A stretch of 64,000 nucleotides of DNA from an uncultured Actinomycetota bacterium (GCA_964462595.1 CAYWXM010000058.1:90-64089), one strand, 5' to 3'; positions 18,262 through 27,927 are shown, counted from the stretch's first letter. Program-made: numbers and translations. The notes: generated from the sequence alone by a model not told the origin.

Positions 18262-18331
18262 GCGGCCCGGCCGGCACGGCGCATGCAGATATAAAGACGG
18301 GGGACCGTCTCCGGGGAGGTGTTCGAGGCTC

Positions 18332-18817
18332 ATGAGCGAAGTTGCCGATAAAGCCACCATAGTCGTTTTCAGCGGGGAGCTGGACCGCGCCCTCGCCGCC
18401 TTCAACATCGCCATCACCGCCGCCTCCATGGGCATGGAGGTTTCCATGTTCTTTACCTTCTGGGGTTTGAACGTGGTTTCCAAAGAGAGCGCGAGCGGCA
18501 ATGACAGGGTTCTCCTGCAGAAGATGATGGGCCTTATGAACAGGGGAGGCGCGAGGCGGCTCAGGCTTTCACGTCTGAACATGCTCGGAGGCGGCAAGGC
18601 GGCCATGAAAAGGCTCATGAGGGATTACCGCATGCCCTCCCTGGAGGAGATGGTGGCCATGGCCGGGGAAATGGGAGTGCGTTTTATCGCCTGTACGACG
18701 TCGATGGCCCTTATGGGGATGTCGGAGATTGATTTCATCCCCGAGGTGAAAGAGTTCGCGGGCGCGGCCACCTACGTGGAGAATGCGGCCGGGTCGAAGA
18801 TCAACCTGTTCATCTAG
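18332..18817 (+). CDS. DsrE/DsrF/DrsH-like (DsrE2) sulfur-relay protein
   Basis: FSGELD, FFTFWGL, FIACTTSM, INLFI. Confidence 0.9.
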   Translation: MSEVADKATIVVFSGELDRALAAFNIAITAASMGMEVSMFFTFWGLNVVSKESASGNDRVLLQKMMGLMNRGGARRLRLSRLNMLGGGKAAMKRLMRDYRMPSLEEMVAMAGEMGVRFIACTTSMALMGMSEIDFIPEVKEFAGAATYVENAAGSKINLFI

Positions 18818-18906
18818 ATTCTCAATGGATCGCGTAGGGGCTCGGACGCAGTCAACACCCCGCGACTCGGGGGGGGTATAAGAAAATCATGAACGGAGGC
18901 GAGAGG

Positions 18907-19137
18907 ATGAAAGCCGACAGAACGCTCGATTGCGTAGGGCTGTACTGCCCCATGCCTATCGTGAAAACCTCGCAGGAGATAAAGAACCTGGAGGACGGGG
19001 AGATCCTGGAGGTGATCGCCGACGACAAGGGGATCGAGAGCGACATGCCGGCCTGGTGCTCCAAGACGGGACACGAATGCCTGGGCATCGAAAAGACCGG
19101 TGGCGAGTTCCACGTATTCGTGAAGAAAAAGGGATGA
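18907..19137 (+). CDS. tusA: TusA-family sulfur carrier
   Basis: LDCVGLYCPMP, EVIADD, DMPAWC. Confidence 0.9.
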   Translation: MKADRTLDCVGLYCPMPIVKTSQEIKNLEDGEILEVIADDKGIESDMPAWCSKTGHECLGIEKTGGEFHVFVKKKG

Positions 19138-19153
19138 ACTGAAAGGAGTTGTA

Positions 19154-19651
19154 ATGGGCGAGCAGACACGCAAGAACCTGCATGACGCCTACACGGGCGA
19201 GTCGAAAGCCGTGGTCAGGCTAAAAGCCTTCGCAGCCAAGGCCGAGGAAGAGGAGTATGACGGGGTGGCCAAGCTGTTCAAGGCGGTAGCGGAATCCGAG
19301 AACGTACACGCCTATAACAACCTGCGCCTGCTGCGCGAGATCATGGACACCGAGACCAACCTGGAGGAAGCCCTGGCAAAAGAGCAGAAGATAGCCGCGG
19401 TCGGCTACGATTCCTTTATTGCCGATGCCGAGTCGGAGGGAGAAAAAGCGGCGGCGACCATGTTCGCTTTTGCCCGCGACGTTGAGGAAAGGCATGCCAA
19501 GCTATACGAGGGCGCCCTGCAGCACATGGTGGCCGATACGATACCGGATTACTATATATGCAGCGTCTGTGGTTACGTGGCCGACGATGTGATCCCCGAT
19601 AAATGCCCCATATGCGGTGCGCCGGAGGACAAGTTCTTCGAGGTAGAGTAG
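19154..19651 (+). CDS. rbr: Rubrerythrin
   Basis: AYTGES, ExxHA twice, C-terminal rubredoxin CSVCGY...CPICGA. Confidence 0.92.
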   Translation: MGEQTRKNLHDAYTGESKAVVRLKAFAAKAEEEEYDGVAKLFKAVAESENVHAYNNLRLLREIMDTETNLEEALAKEQKIAAVGYDSFIADAESEGEKAAATMFAFARDVEERHAKLYEGALQHMVADTIPDYYICSVCGYVADDVIPDKCPICGAPEDKFFEVE

Positions 19652-19826
19652 GGCTTCTTGCGGCCTTCGCCCGGGGGTAACGGTCTTCGCTCTGCACTCG
19701 CAGGCCGCGTATCCAGGGCGCAGACCTCCTCTCGAGCATTCTGCTCGCGAAGGCCACTTCAGGCAGGCCTCCGGTTCTCGGGTGCGAACGGCGTGGCAGG
19801 TTTCGGGCTCGCCGTACTCAAGCAAG

Positions 19827-19852
19827 AAGGGGTTCCCGACCGGGAACCCCTT
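19827..19852. terminator. Bidirectional terminator hairpin
   Basis: AAGGGGTTCCCG/CGGGAACCCCTT between convergent genes. Confidence 0.7.
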
Positions 19853-19868
19853 GCATCCGCTGTTCAGC

Positions 19869-20099
19869 CTATTCGGCGTTGCATTTATCGAGCGAGTCCT
19901 TGACCTCCGCCAGGGTCTTTTTCCTCTTCTCCAGGTCAGCCAGTTTCGCTTCGACGTCCTCCATCTCCGGGTCGAACACGCAGGCCCCGAAAGAGCAGTC
20001 CACTCCCGCCAATTCCTGCAATTTACTGGCGACGACCTTGAGCTCATCTTCATACGCCTGTATTTCCTGATTCAACAACTCGTCTTTCTCATTGGCCAT
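19869..20099 (-). CDS. Hypothetical coiled-coil protein with CSFGAC motif
   Basis: RBS AAGGAGG; helical hairpin with a central CxxxxC. Confidence 0.7.
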   Translation of the reverse strand: MANEKDELLNQEIQAYEDELKVVASKLQELAGVDCSFGACVFDPEMEDVEAKLADLEKRKKTLAEVKDSLDKCNAE

Positions 20100-20295
20100 C
20101 GGTGCTACCTCCTTAGTAATTCCTCCCATCGTCCTATACATTATACCCAAAGAAATGGATTTTTCTACGTCATCCGGCCCAGATAAACCGCTTCGGGAGA
20201 CCGCGTCTCGTGCGCGCTCCCGCGGAGATAACCCGGGAGTTTTTCGCGGATATACGCGCAGGTTAAACCCTCCTGCAGGCCAAGGCGCATCCCCT

Positions 20296-22227
20296 TCAGC
20301 GGGCCTGATAGCTGAAATACGTTGACCGCTCCGCCACCACTCCCGCTTCGCAGCTTACCTCCATGGAGACCTCGTTGGCCTTCCCCGACTCGGCTGCCAC
20401 GTCCACCGTCAAACGGCCCTGGGGGGGCAGCAGGTACTCCCTCCTGACCTTCCCGGCACCGCCAAGCGTATATTCCACCTCCACGATCAGCTCTTGGTCC
20501 TGGGGGTTGAAAAGGGCCAGCCACTCCGAGAAGCCATCGCCGGTGCACCCCTCGGGAAAAAGCCAGTTTTCGCGCGGCTGCGGCGTTCCCTGGCTGCAGT
20601 ATCCCCCTGCTATGTTGTGGAAACGAAAATAGGCGGAGCGCTCCGCGGCCACGGGCAGCAGGCTGGAGAGGATGAGGGAATAATCGACCTCCGGTGGCAG
20701 GTATGCGTTGAGATGGAGTGTTTTTCTCTCTCCCGCTGCCAGGCGCATGGACTCCCTTCTCATCGATCCGTCCGACACCACCATGTCGATCTCAAGCCAG
20801 GTGTCATATGCGCACGGGTTGAGGACGATAAGATAGTTATCGAAAAATCCCCGCGTCGTGCCCTCGGCGAAATACCAGCGCACGCCGGGCTGCGCAATGC
20901 CGGGCGAGCTGTGGGAGCCGGTGAGGGTATCGCCGTAAACGAAATACTCCGACCTCTCCGCCACCACGGGGATGCTGGAATTAACCACCGCCGAGTAGTC
21001 TCCTTCCTCCGCCATGTCGTTGACCCTCAAGGTCAGCCTCGACAGGGGCAAGACATCGAAGGAGCTTGTGCTCGCTTCTTTCCCCGGTCCGCTCAATTCC
21101 AGCTCCACTCGGGCGGGGGTGGCGGCGGAGGTATTGAAGATGGCAATATATTCCTCGAAACCCGGCCTTACCGTGCCCTCGGGAAAGAAGTAAACCCTCG
21201 AGGCATCGTTGATGCTGCGTGACAAAGACCCCCCGCTGTAGCCGCTCCCGCGGTTGAAATAGAGCATCCTCTCGACCGCCACCGGAACCGACGACTCCAG
21301 GACCACCGAGACGTCGTCCAGCCAGGAGACCTCGTCCTTTACGTATATGGAAAGCCTTTCCCGCGGCGGAACGGTATGCACTGTATCCGCCGACCCCTGC
21401 GCCGAATAATATTTCGCCTTGATCGAAGCCGGCACGTCTCCGGGGTTGAACACCAGCAGCCACTCCTCGTACCCGTTTCGGGTGGTGCCTTCCGCGAAGT
21501 AATGGCGTTTCGCGGCATCGCTTATGCCGGGTCCGGAATCCCCACCCCTCACCAGTTGTTTCCATCCGTACAACTCGCTCAGGGTAACGAAACCGAATCC
21601 CTTTTGCTGCAGACCCTGCACCACCCCCATCACCAGCTCCAGGGTGTTGCGGCCCCCGAAATGAAAGAGGATGATATCCCCGTCCCCTGCGCCTCCGACC
21701 ATGTGGTTCACGCGGTCCTGCACGGACAGGCCCGCGTTCAAGGCATCCTTGCTGTCGAAGTCCCACATCACCGGGGCATATCCGGCGGTTGCAGCAATGC
21801 CTGTTACCCTGGCATCGATAGCTCCGCCAGGCGGGCGGAATAAGGGAAGATACTGGCCGGTCGCGGCGCCGATCACCGCCTGGCATGTGTTCAGCTCCGC
21901 GACGATCTGTTGATCGGTCAGCTTGGTGAGCCAGGGATGGTTCTGGGTATGGTTGCAGACGTCCCAGCCCAGGGAGTCCATCTCCTGCAGCAACGAGGTA
22001 TTTTTCTGGGCCCACGACCCGATGACGAAGGCGGTAGCGGTTATGCCCTGGGAATTCAGATATTCAAGGATGCGATGGTCGAAGTTGTAGCCGTCGTCGA
22101 AGGTCAGCACCACACGCGGCGGCGAAGCCGCGCCTGCCTCCCGGCCTGCTCCCGACGAGGGAAGCAGGTAGAGAAGCGCCAGGAGCATGGCAAGCGCTAC
22201 GGCCACCTTACGGGCAAAGCGATCCAC
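20296..22227 (-). CDS. Secreted polysaccharide deacetylase (NodB domain) with four C-terminal YFAEG repeats
   Basis: Signal peptide, LTFDDG, NHTQNH, FRPPGG, ILFH; repeats YFAEGTT..GY/FEEW/Y. Confidence 0.88.
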   Translation of the reverse strand: MDRFARKVAVALAMLLALLYLLPSSGAGREAGAASPPRVVLTFDDGYNFDHRILEYLNSQGITATAFVIGSWAQKNTSLLQEMDSLGWDVCNHTQNHPWLTKLTDQQIVAELNTCQAVIGAATGQYLPLFRPPGGAIDARVTGIAATAGYAPVMWDFDSKDALNAGLSVQDRVNHMVGGAGDGDIILFHFGGRNTLELVMGVVQGLQQKGFGFVTLSELYGWKQLVRGGDSGPGISDAAKRHYFAEGTTRNGYEEWLLVFNPGDVPASIKAKYYSAQGSADTVHTVPPRERLSIYVKDEVSWLDDVSVVLESSVPVAVERMLYFNRGSGYSGGSLSRSINDASRVYFFPEGTVRPGFEEYIAIFNTSAATPARVELELSGPGKEASTSSFDVLPLSRLTLRVNDMAEEGDYSAVVNSSIPVVAERSEYFVYGDTLTGSHSSPGIAQPGVRWYFAEGTTRGFFDNYLIVLNPCAYDTWLEIDMVVSDGSMRRESMRLAAGERKTLHLNAYLPPEVDYSLILSSLLPVAAERSAYFRFHNIAGGYCSQGTPQPRENWLFPEGCTGDGFSEWLALFNPQDQELIVEVEYTLGGAGKVRREYLLPPQGRLTVDVAAESGKANEVSMEVSCEAGVVAERSTYFSYQAR

Positions 22228-22234
22228 CTTCAGC

Positions 22235-23119
22235 CTATACCTCCAGGTCCTCCTGCAATGCCAACTCCTCAACCACGTCACCTATCGCCCTGCATGCTAC
22301 GCGGGGGTCGGAGCCACCCGAGAGCACGTAGCATACCCGTTCCGGGAAGGACTCCTTCACCTTGCGCGCGAAAAGGCCATACGCACCATCGCTCAATTCA
22401 AAGGCGCCGTAATCGTCGCGATGGCTGTCGTGCCCGAAGATGATGAAGAGCAGGTCGTGCTGGAAGCCCTTGACCGCCCGCAGGGCTTCGTCTACCCCGG
22501 ACATGAAACGGTCGTCGGAAGCATTATGGGGAAGGTCGATATCCAGGTTGTTGGGACCCGCCTCGCCGACCCCGGGGAAACCGGAATGGAAATTTACGTG
22601 CAGGACGTCGGCGTCCGCCCCCAGGATGTCCCGGGTGCCGTCGCCGAAATGGGGGTCGATATCTATGATAGCGAAGCGGCTTGCCAGCTTTTCATCCCGA
22701 AGATAGGTGACGGCCATGGCCACGTCGTTGAGATAGCAGAAGCCCCAGAACCCGTCCTCGCTGGCATGATGCCCGGCCGCGCCCACGAAGCAGAAAGCGG
22801 CCGACGCCCTTCCGGATACCACCTCGAGTGCGCCACGGATCACCGCGCCGGCGGAAAGAAGAGCGATCTCTTTATATCCGCTGTTGGCCACGCCGCGCAT
22901 ATGCGATTTGCTGTGTACGCGGGCCGCCAGCGCTTCATCGGCGGCTTCCGCCGTTATCACCTCCACTCCGCTGCGCTCGAGAAGGCCGCGCGCGCGCAGC
23001 TCTTCATAGGCGGGTGAGATACGGTCACGCAGCGCCGGATAACCGCGGACCGCGAAATCGGGATGATAAACCAGGGCGAGTTTATATCCCCTCACACCTG
23101 TTTCCTTATCGCCATGCAT
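22235..23119 (-). CDS. Histone deacetylase-family (Zn-dependent) deacylase
   Basis: GHHA, GFCYLND, DIDPHFGDGT, GHDSH; the terminal motif reads LSGGS. Confidence 0.88.
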   Translation of the reverse strand: MHGDKETGVRGYKLALVYHPDFAVRGYPALRDRISPAYEELRARGLLERSGVEVITAEAADEALAARVHSKSHMRGVANSGYKEIALLSAGAVIRGALEVVSGRASAAFCFVGAAGHHASEDGFWGFCYLNDVAMAVTYLRDEKLASRFAIIDIDPHFGDGTRDILGADADVLHVNFHSGFPGVGEAGPNNLDIDLPHNASDDRFMSGVDEALRAVKGFQHDLLFIIFGHDSHRDDYGAFELSDGAYGLFARKVKESFPERVCYVLSGGSDPRVACRAIGDVVEELALQEDLEV

Positions 23120-23257
23120 CTCATTTCCCCTTCCAGCAAGCATATCGGCGCCGCCCGTCCCGACATTAATGATAAACCAGGAAGGGAGAAAGATTATATG
23201 ACGTTTATCGCGTGCTATAATCTCCTTTATTCAGGACCAGTAAAGGGAGGTATGGAT

Positions 23258-23542
23258 ATGTCGATTTATGTCATGCTCACTAAACTTACCGACAATGGGG
23301 CCAACACCATCAACCGCGACCCCGGGCGCATCAAGGAAGTCAATAAGGACGTGGAGGACCTGGGAGCAAGAGTCCTGGCCCAATACGCCCTGATGGGAGA
23401 GGACGATTTCCTCAACATCCTGGAAGCTCCCGATACCGAGACCATCATGCGCATCTCGCTCAAGCTCGCCTCGCGCGGCAGCCTGAGGATAAAAACCATT
23501 GCCGCCCTGCCCGTGGATGATTTCATCTCGGCCATGAAGTAG
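23258..23542 (+). CDS. GYD domain protein (paralog 1)
   Basis: YVML.KLTD.G...QYALMGEDDF..ILEAPD; RBS GGGAGG. Confidence 0.85.
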   Translation: MSIYVMLTKLTDNGANTINRDPGRIKEVNKDVEDLGARVLAQYALMGEDDFLNILEAPDTETIMRISLKLASRGSLRIKTIAALPVDDFISAMK

Positions 23543-23547
23543 GTTGT

Positions 23548-23806
23548 TTCCCGAGACCGGGGGTAACGTTCCTCGCTCATGGTGCTTTAGAGGCCCGAGC
23601 CTCCGGGTAACGGCCTCGCTCATGGTGCTTTTGCGGCCCGAGCCTTGGGGTAACGGTCTCGCTCCGCTCTATACGCTCCGCTCCGACCGACCCCATAGTT
23701 CTCGGGCTGGGTGGCAGCGCAGATGGAGCGCTTCGGATCGACCCCCGGTTCTCGGGCTAGTGTCAGCACAGATGGAGCGCCCATAACCGTTACCCGGTCT
23801 CGGGAA
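23548..23806. mobile_element. MITE/REP-like non-coding element with terminal inverted repeats and internal tandem repeats
   Basis: TTCCCGAGACCGGGGGTAACG / CGTTACCCGGTCTCGGGAA ends; 43-44 bp tandem units starting at 23561, 23605 and 23648. Confidence 0.6.
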
Positions 23807-24019
23807 GTGGTTTTTGTATATAACTCCGTGACCGGACACATGCGTGCCCGTGTCACTCTCCGGGCGTCGCTGCCGCTTACGCGATGCAAACCACAAAGGG
23901 GAGTACGCGGAAGCAAAGGCCATCCTTGCCTGTCAGTTTATACTGCCTCCATGCGGGGTAGAAAGATACTGTTCAAACGTTACCACCCCGCATGCGGGAA
24001 AAGCAAAGGAGGAACGTGA

Positions 24020-24304
24020 ATGGCTACTTATATTCTCTTGAGCCACCTCACCGATGAAGGCTGCGCCACGCTGACCAAGAACCCCGACCGCATCAAGGAA
24101 GTGAACAAGGACGTCGAGGCCATGGGCGGCAAGGTGCTGTCCCAGTACGTCGTCCTGGGCGAGTACGACTTCATCAACATAGTAGAGGCTCCGAATAACG
24201 AGACCGTCGGCAAGATATCCGTGCACCTGTCTTCACGTGGCACCGTGCGAATAATCACCCTGCCGGCGATCGATGTGGATGCCTTCATCGAGAGCTTGAA
24301 GTAA
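24020..24304 (+). CDS. GYD domain protein (paralog 2)
   Basis: YILLSHLTDEG...QYVVLGEYDFINIVEAP; RBS AAGGAGG. Confidence 0.88.
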   Translation: MATYILLSHLTDEGCATLTKNPDRIKEVNKDVEAMGGKVLSQYVVLGEYDFINIVEAPNNETVGKISVHLSSRGTVRIITLPAIDVDAFIESLK

Positions 24305-24484
24305 ACGTCACGGCCTCTTGGGTGGATCCCGGCCGAGGCATGCCATGAGGCTGCCCGGCCTTGGGGTCGAGTCACGAGTTCAGCGGGCAGGCCCCGAGAC
24401 CCGGTGCTTCCGGACCTGACCCGCGTTGTTTCACTGCAGTGAAACCTGATGGGGCCTCGTTACTGCAAAATACGCAGAGAGGCT

Positions 24485-25171
24485 TCAGTCCACGAAACGG
24501 TACTTGATCAGGGTCCACATGGCGGGTATGCCGTCCCTCCAGGTTATCTTCTTCCCCTCCTCCATCTCCCTCCCGGCATAAGAGATGGGGACCTCAAAGA
24601 TCCTGATCTTTTTCTTGAGTATCTTGGCTGTTACCTCCGGCTCGAAGTCGAAATGGTCCGCCTTGATCTCGATGCCCTGCAGGGATTCCCGGGTGAACAG
24701 CTTGTAGCATGTCTCCATGTCCGAGAGGGTCGTGTTGTAGAGGATGTTGGTCATCAGCGCCAGAAAGCGGTTGCCGACGAAGTGCCAGAAGAGCATGTTC
24801 TTGCGGGGACCCGTGAATCGGGAACCGTAGACCACCTGCGCCATCCCCTTGAGCACGGGCTCGATGAGCTTGGGATAGTCTTCTGGATCGTATTCCAGGT
24901 CGGCATCCTGCACCAGGATGAGGTCGCCGGAGGCGGCGGCGAAACCGGTGCGTACCGCCGCGCCCTTGCCGCGATTCTCCTTATGGTAGATAACGCGGGT
25001 GCCGGAATCCTCCTCCATGGCCAGTATGTCCCTGGTGCCGTCACTGGAGCCGTCGTCGACGATGACGATCTCCCTCTCCATGTCGCCCAGGTCCACCTGC
25101 CTCACCCGTCGCAATATCTCCTTGATGGTGTTTCGCTCGTTGAACACCGGCATCACGATCGACAACTTCAT
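24485..25171 (-). CDS. Glycosyltransferase family 2 (polyprenol-phosphate glycosyltransferase-like)
   Basis: PVFNE, VDDGSSDGT, NRGKG, QDADLEYDP, DMETCYK. Confidence 0.92.
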   Translation of the reverse strand: MKLSIVMPVFNERNTIKEILRRVRQVDLGDMEREIVIVDDGSSDGTRDILAMEEDSGTRVIYHKENRGKGAAVRTGFAAASGDLILVQDADLEYDPEDYPKLIEPVLKGMAQVVYGSRFTGPRKNMLFWHFVGNRFLALMTNILYNTTLSDMETCYKLFTRESLQGIEIKADHFDFEPEVTAKILKKKIRIFEVPISYAGREMEEGKKITWRDGIPAMWTLIKYRFVD

Positions 25172-25336
25172 CTTTCCGTTCCTCCACTTTTGATCGAATC
25201 CAGCGCGGCACGATTACCAGTTGATCGATCCCTGCCGCTTCGCCAATGAGAGCATCCGGCTCTGCGATGCGCCGGGGTCCCCTGCTCTGACCAGCGTAAG
25301 CATCGGCCCCCGCACTACCGCCAAGCCGGGCAGGGC

Positions 25337-26335
25337 CTATATGTCTCCGTATTTCTCTAAATAGTAACTGCGGAACTCGCCGCTCTTTATCGGTTCCCAC
25401 CAGGCGGCGTTATCACGATACCATTGTACGGTCTCGCGCAACCCGCCCTCGAAATCCTTCCGCGGGGTCCATCCCAGCCCCCTGAGTTTGGACGAATCCA
25501 GGGAATATCTCAGGTCGTGGCCAAGGCGGTCGGGCACGCGCTCGATAGAATCCTCTCCCGCGCCGAGGATACCCAGGATCGCGCGGGTCAGCTCCAGGTT
25601 GGTCTTCTCCTGGCCTGCGCCGATATTGTATACCTCTCCGGAAAGGCCGGAGCGAAGAACCAGGTCGATAGCCTCGCAGTTATCCTCCACGTAGAGCCAA
25701 TCCCTTACGTTCCGACCCTCCCCGTACAGAGGGATCTTCCTGCCCTCGATAAGGTTGGTGACGAAAAGAGGTATGACCTTCTCGGGGTACTGGTAAGGAC
25801 CGTAGTTGTTGGCGCTCCTTACGATAACGGCGTCTATACCATAGGTGCGCACGTAGGAGCGGACGAGGAGGTCGGCCCCGGCCTTGGAGGCCGCGTAGGG
25901 GCTGTTGGGCTGCAGGGGGCTCTCCTCGCTGAACGAGCCCTCCGAGATGCTACCGTAGACCTCGTCCGTGCTGACCTGCACGAAACGGATACCCAGCTCA
26001 CGTGCCTGCTCCAGGATACGGCAGGTGCCCAGCACATCGGTCTTCACAAACGCTTCCGGCGAGGAGATGGAGCGATCGACGTGCGTTTCCGCCGCGAAGT
26101 TGATCACCGCATCGGGTCCCCAGGAGATCGCCCGGGAGACGTCGTCGGCCTCGCAGATGTCCCCCCGGTTGAAAAAATAGCGCGGGCTGCCCTCTAACTC
26201 CGCAAGGTTTTCGGGGTTGCCGGCGTAAGTCAGCTTGTCCAGGTTCAGGATCTCATCCTCGGGGTATTTCCCGAGCACCAGGCGGATAAAGTTGCTGCCT
26301 ATGAATCCGCAACCCCCGGTCACCAGCAGGCGCAT
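25337..26335 (-). CDS. rfbB: dTDP-glucose 4,6-dehydratase
   Basis: TGGCGFIGSN, AAETHVDRSI, STDEVYG, YAASK. Confidence 0.95.
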   Translation of the reverse strand: MRLLVTGGCGFIGSNFIRLVLGKYPEDEILNLDKLTYAGNPENLAELEGSPRYFFNRGDICEADDVSRAISWGPDAVINFAAETHVDRSISSPEAFVKTDVLGTCRILEQARELGIRFVQVSTDEVYGSISEGSFSEESPLQPNSPYAASKAGADLLVRSYVRTYGIDAVIVRSANNYGPYQYPEKVIPLFVTNLIEGRKIPLYGEGRNVRDWLYVEDNCEAIDLVLRSGLSGEVYNIGAGQEKTNLELTRAILGILGAGEDSIERVPDRLGHDLRYSLDSSKLRGLGWTPRKDFEGGLRETVQWYRDNAAWWEPIKSGEFRSYYLEKYGDI

Positions 26336-26399
26336 GATCTCTCCCCGTTCCTTTCAGGCAACCCTGCCGCGGCGCCACCATGGCGCCGGAGCCGCGGGT

Positions 26400-26840
26400 C
26401 TACTTCATAACGATTTCCCAGTCGTAGGGCACCGCTGCTTCCTCCAGGCCCAGGCAACGCGCTTCGTCGTCGTCTCCTTCCAGGACAAGCAGGACCAACG
26501 CGTTGCGGTTTCCGACCGCCTTCCACCCCCTGAGCACCCCGGGGGGTACGATCACCTCGCGATAGCGGTACTCTCCCAGGAAAAGCTCCACCACCTCGTC
26601 ACGCGTAGGGGATCCCTCCCGCCGGTCGCAGAGGACGAGTTTTATCGTCCCCCCCAGGCAGACGATCCTCTCTCTCGCCTTGACCCTGCTTATCCACGCC
26701 TCCACCGTCCCCGGAAAAAGCGTGCGCCATGACGACGCGTACAGGTTGCCAGGAGAATCATCACCCTGCCACATATCCACGGTCAAACCCGCAGCATCCA
26801 GGCTTGACGGCAGTTCCCTTACGCAAACACCCTCGATCAA
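26400..26840 (-). CDS. rfbC: dTDP-4-dehydrorhamnose 3,5-epimerase-like cupin (degenerate active site)
   Basis: Lies between rfbA and rfbB; PG.V.AW, DRREGSPT, VPPGV.G, PYDW. Confidence 0.7.
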   Translation of the reverse strand: MIEGVCVRELPSSLDAAGLTVDMWQGDDSPGNLYASSWRTLFPGTVEAWISRVKARERIVCLGGTIKLVLCDRREGSPTRDEVVELFLGEYRYREVIVPPGVLRGWKAVGNRNALVLLVLEGDDDEARCLGLEEAAVPYDWEIVMK

Positions 26841-26856
26841 GATCCCCTCCTCAGTT

Positions 26857-27927
26857 TCAGATCAACCCGACGCGGGAATTGTCCCCCAGCACGAAACGAA
26901 AGGTCTTCGGCAGGTCAACGGACCTGGATATCTCGACGTTCTTACCGATCAGGCTGTCCTCGATCCGTCCCGGTATGTTGATGATGGAGCTGTTCTCCAT
27001 GACGATAGAGTGCTCCAGCTCGCTGCCCTCAACGCTCACGCCGTAGTAGATGGACGTGAACGGCCCGATATAGGAGTCCGTGATCCTGGAACCCCTGCCG
27101 ACGATCGCGGGACCGCGCAACGTGCTGCGCACCACCTGTGCGCCTTGCTCTATGATCACCCTTCCGTCCACGCGGGAAAGGGAGTCGACGCTTCCTTCGC
27201 AGCGCGGCTCGATGCCCTCAAGCACGATGCGATTCGCCTCCAGCAGGTCCTCCAGGTGGCCGGTGTCTTTCCACCATCCATCGATTATGTGCGCCTCCAC
27301 CTTGCGGCCGTTATCGATGAGGTTCTGTATGGCATCCGTTATCTCCAGCTCATCGCGCCAGGAGGGCACTATGGCCCTGCACGCGTCGAGGATGCACGAG
27401 CGGAACATGTAAGCGCCCACCAGGGCGAGGTCGCTGGGGGGGACCTTCGGCTTTTCCACCAGCTTGACGATCCTCTTCCCGTCCAGCTCGGCCACCCCGA
27501 AGCGCTGCGGTTCCGCCACGTGGGCCAGCAAGATGAGGGCATCTACGTCCTTGTGGCGGAATTCGTCCACGAACGAGGCGATACCCTCCTTGATCAGGTT
27601 GTCACCGAGGTACATCACGAAAGGGGTATCGGCGAGGAAATCGGCCGCGGTAAGTACGGCATGGGCCAGCCCGAGGGGAGCTTCCTGCCTGATGTAGGTG
27701 ATCTTAACGCCCCAGTTCGAGCCGCTGCCCAGCGCCTCCCGTATCTCTTCCTCGGTATCCCCGACGATGATGCCGATATCCGATATACCCGCTTCCCGCA
27801 ACGCCTCCAACCCGTAAAAAAGGATGGGCTTGTTGGCCACGGGCACCAGTTGCTTGGCGCTGGTGTGGGTTATAGGGCGCAGGCGGGTACCCGCTCCACC
27901 GGATAGGATCAACCCTTTAAGCTCCAT
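26857..27927 (-). CDS. rfbA: Glucose-1-phosphate thymidylyltransferase (long form)
   Basis: GLILSGGAGTRLRP, KQLVPVANKP, LGDN, EKP, WWKDTG. Confidence 0.95.
   Translation of the reverse strand: MELKGLILSGGAGTRLRPITHTSAKQLVPVANKPILFYGLEALREAGISDIGIIVGDTEEEIREALGSGSNWGVKITYIRQEAPLGLAHAVLTAADFLADTPFVMYLGDNLIKEGIASFVDEFRHKDVDALILLAHVAEPQRFGVAELDGKRIVKLVEKPKVPPSDLALVGAYMFRSCILDACRAIVPSWRDELEITDAIQNLIDNGRKVEAHIIDGWWKDTGHLEDLLEANRIVLEGIEPRCEGSVDSLSRVDGRVIIEQGAQVVRSTLRGPAIVGRGSRITDSYIGPFTSIYYGVSVEGSELEHSIVMENSSIINIPGRIEDSLIGKNVEISRSVDLPKTFRFVLGDNSRVGLI

Noticed and set aside
18073-19137. Selenocysteine read-through in the redox/sulfur genes
   Set aside because: The TGA stops fall at natural protein ends and the catalytic positions are Cys codons.
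23550-23665. Possible CRISPR array
   Set aside because: The repeat units abut with no unique spacers, there are only about 2.5 copies, and there are no cas genes.
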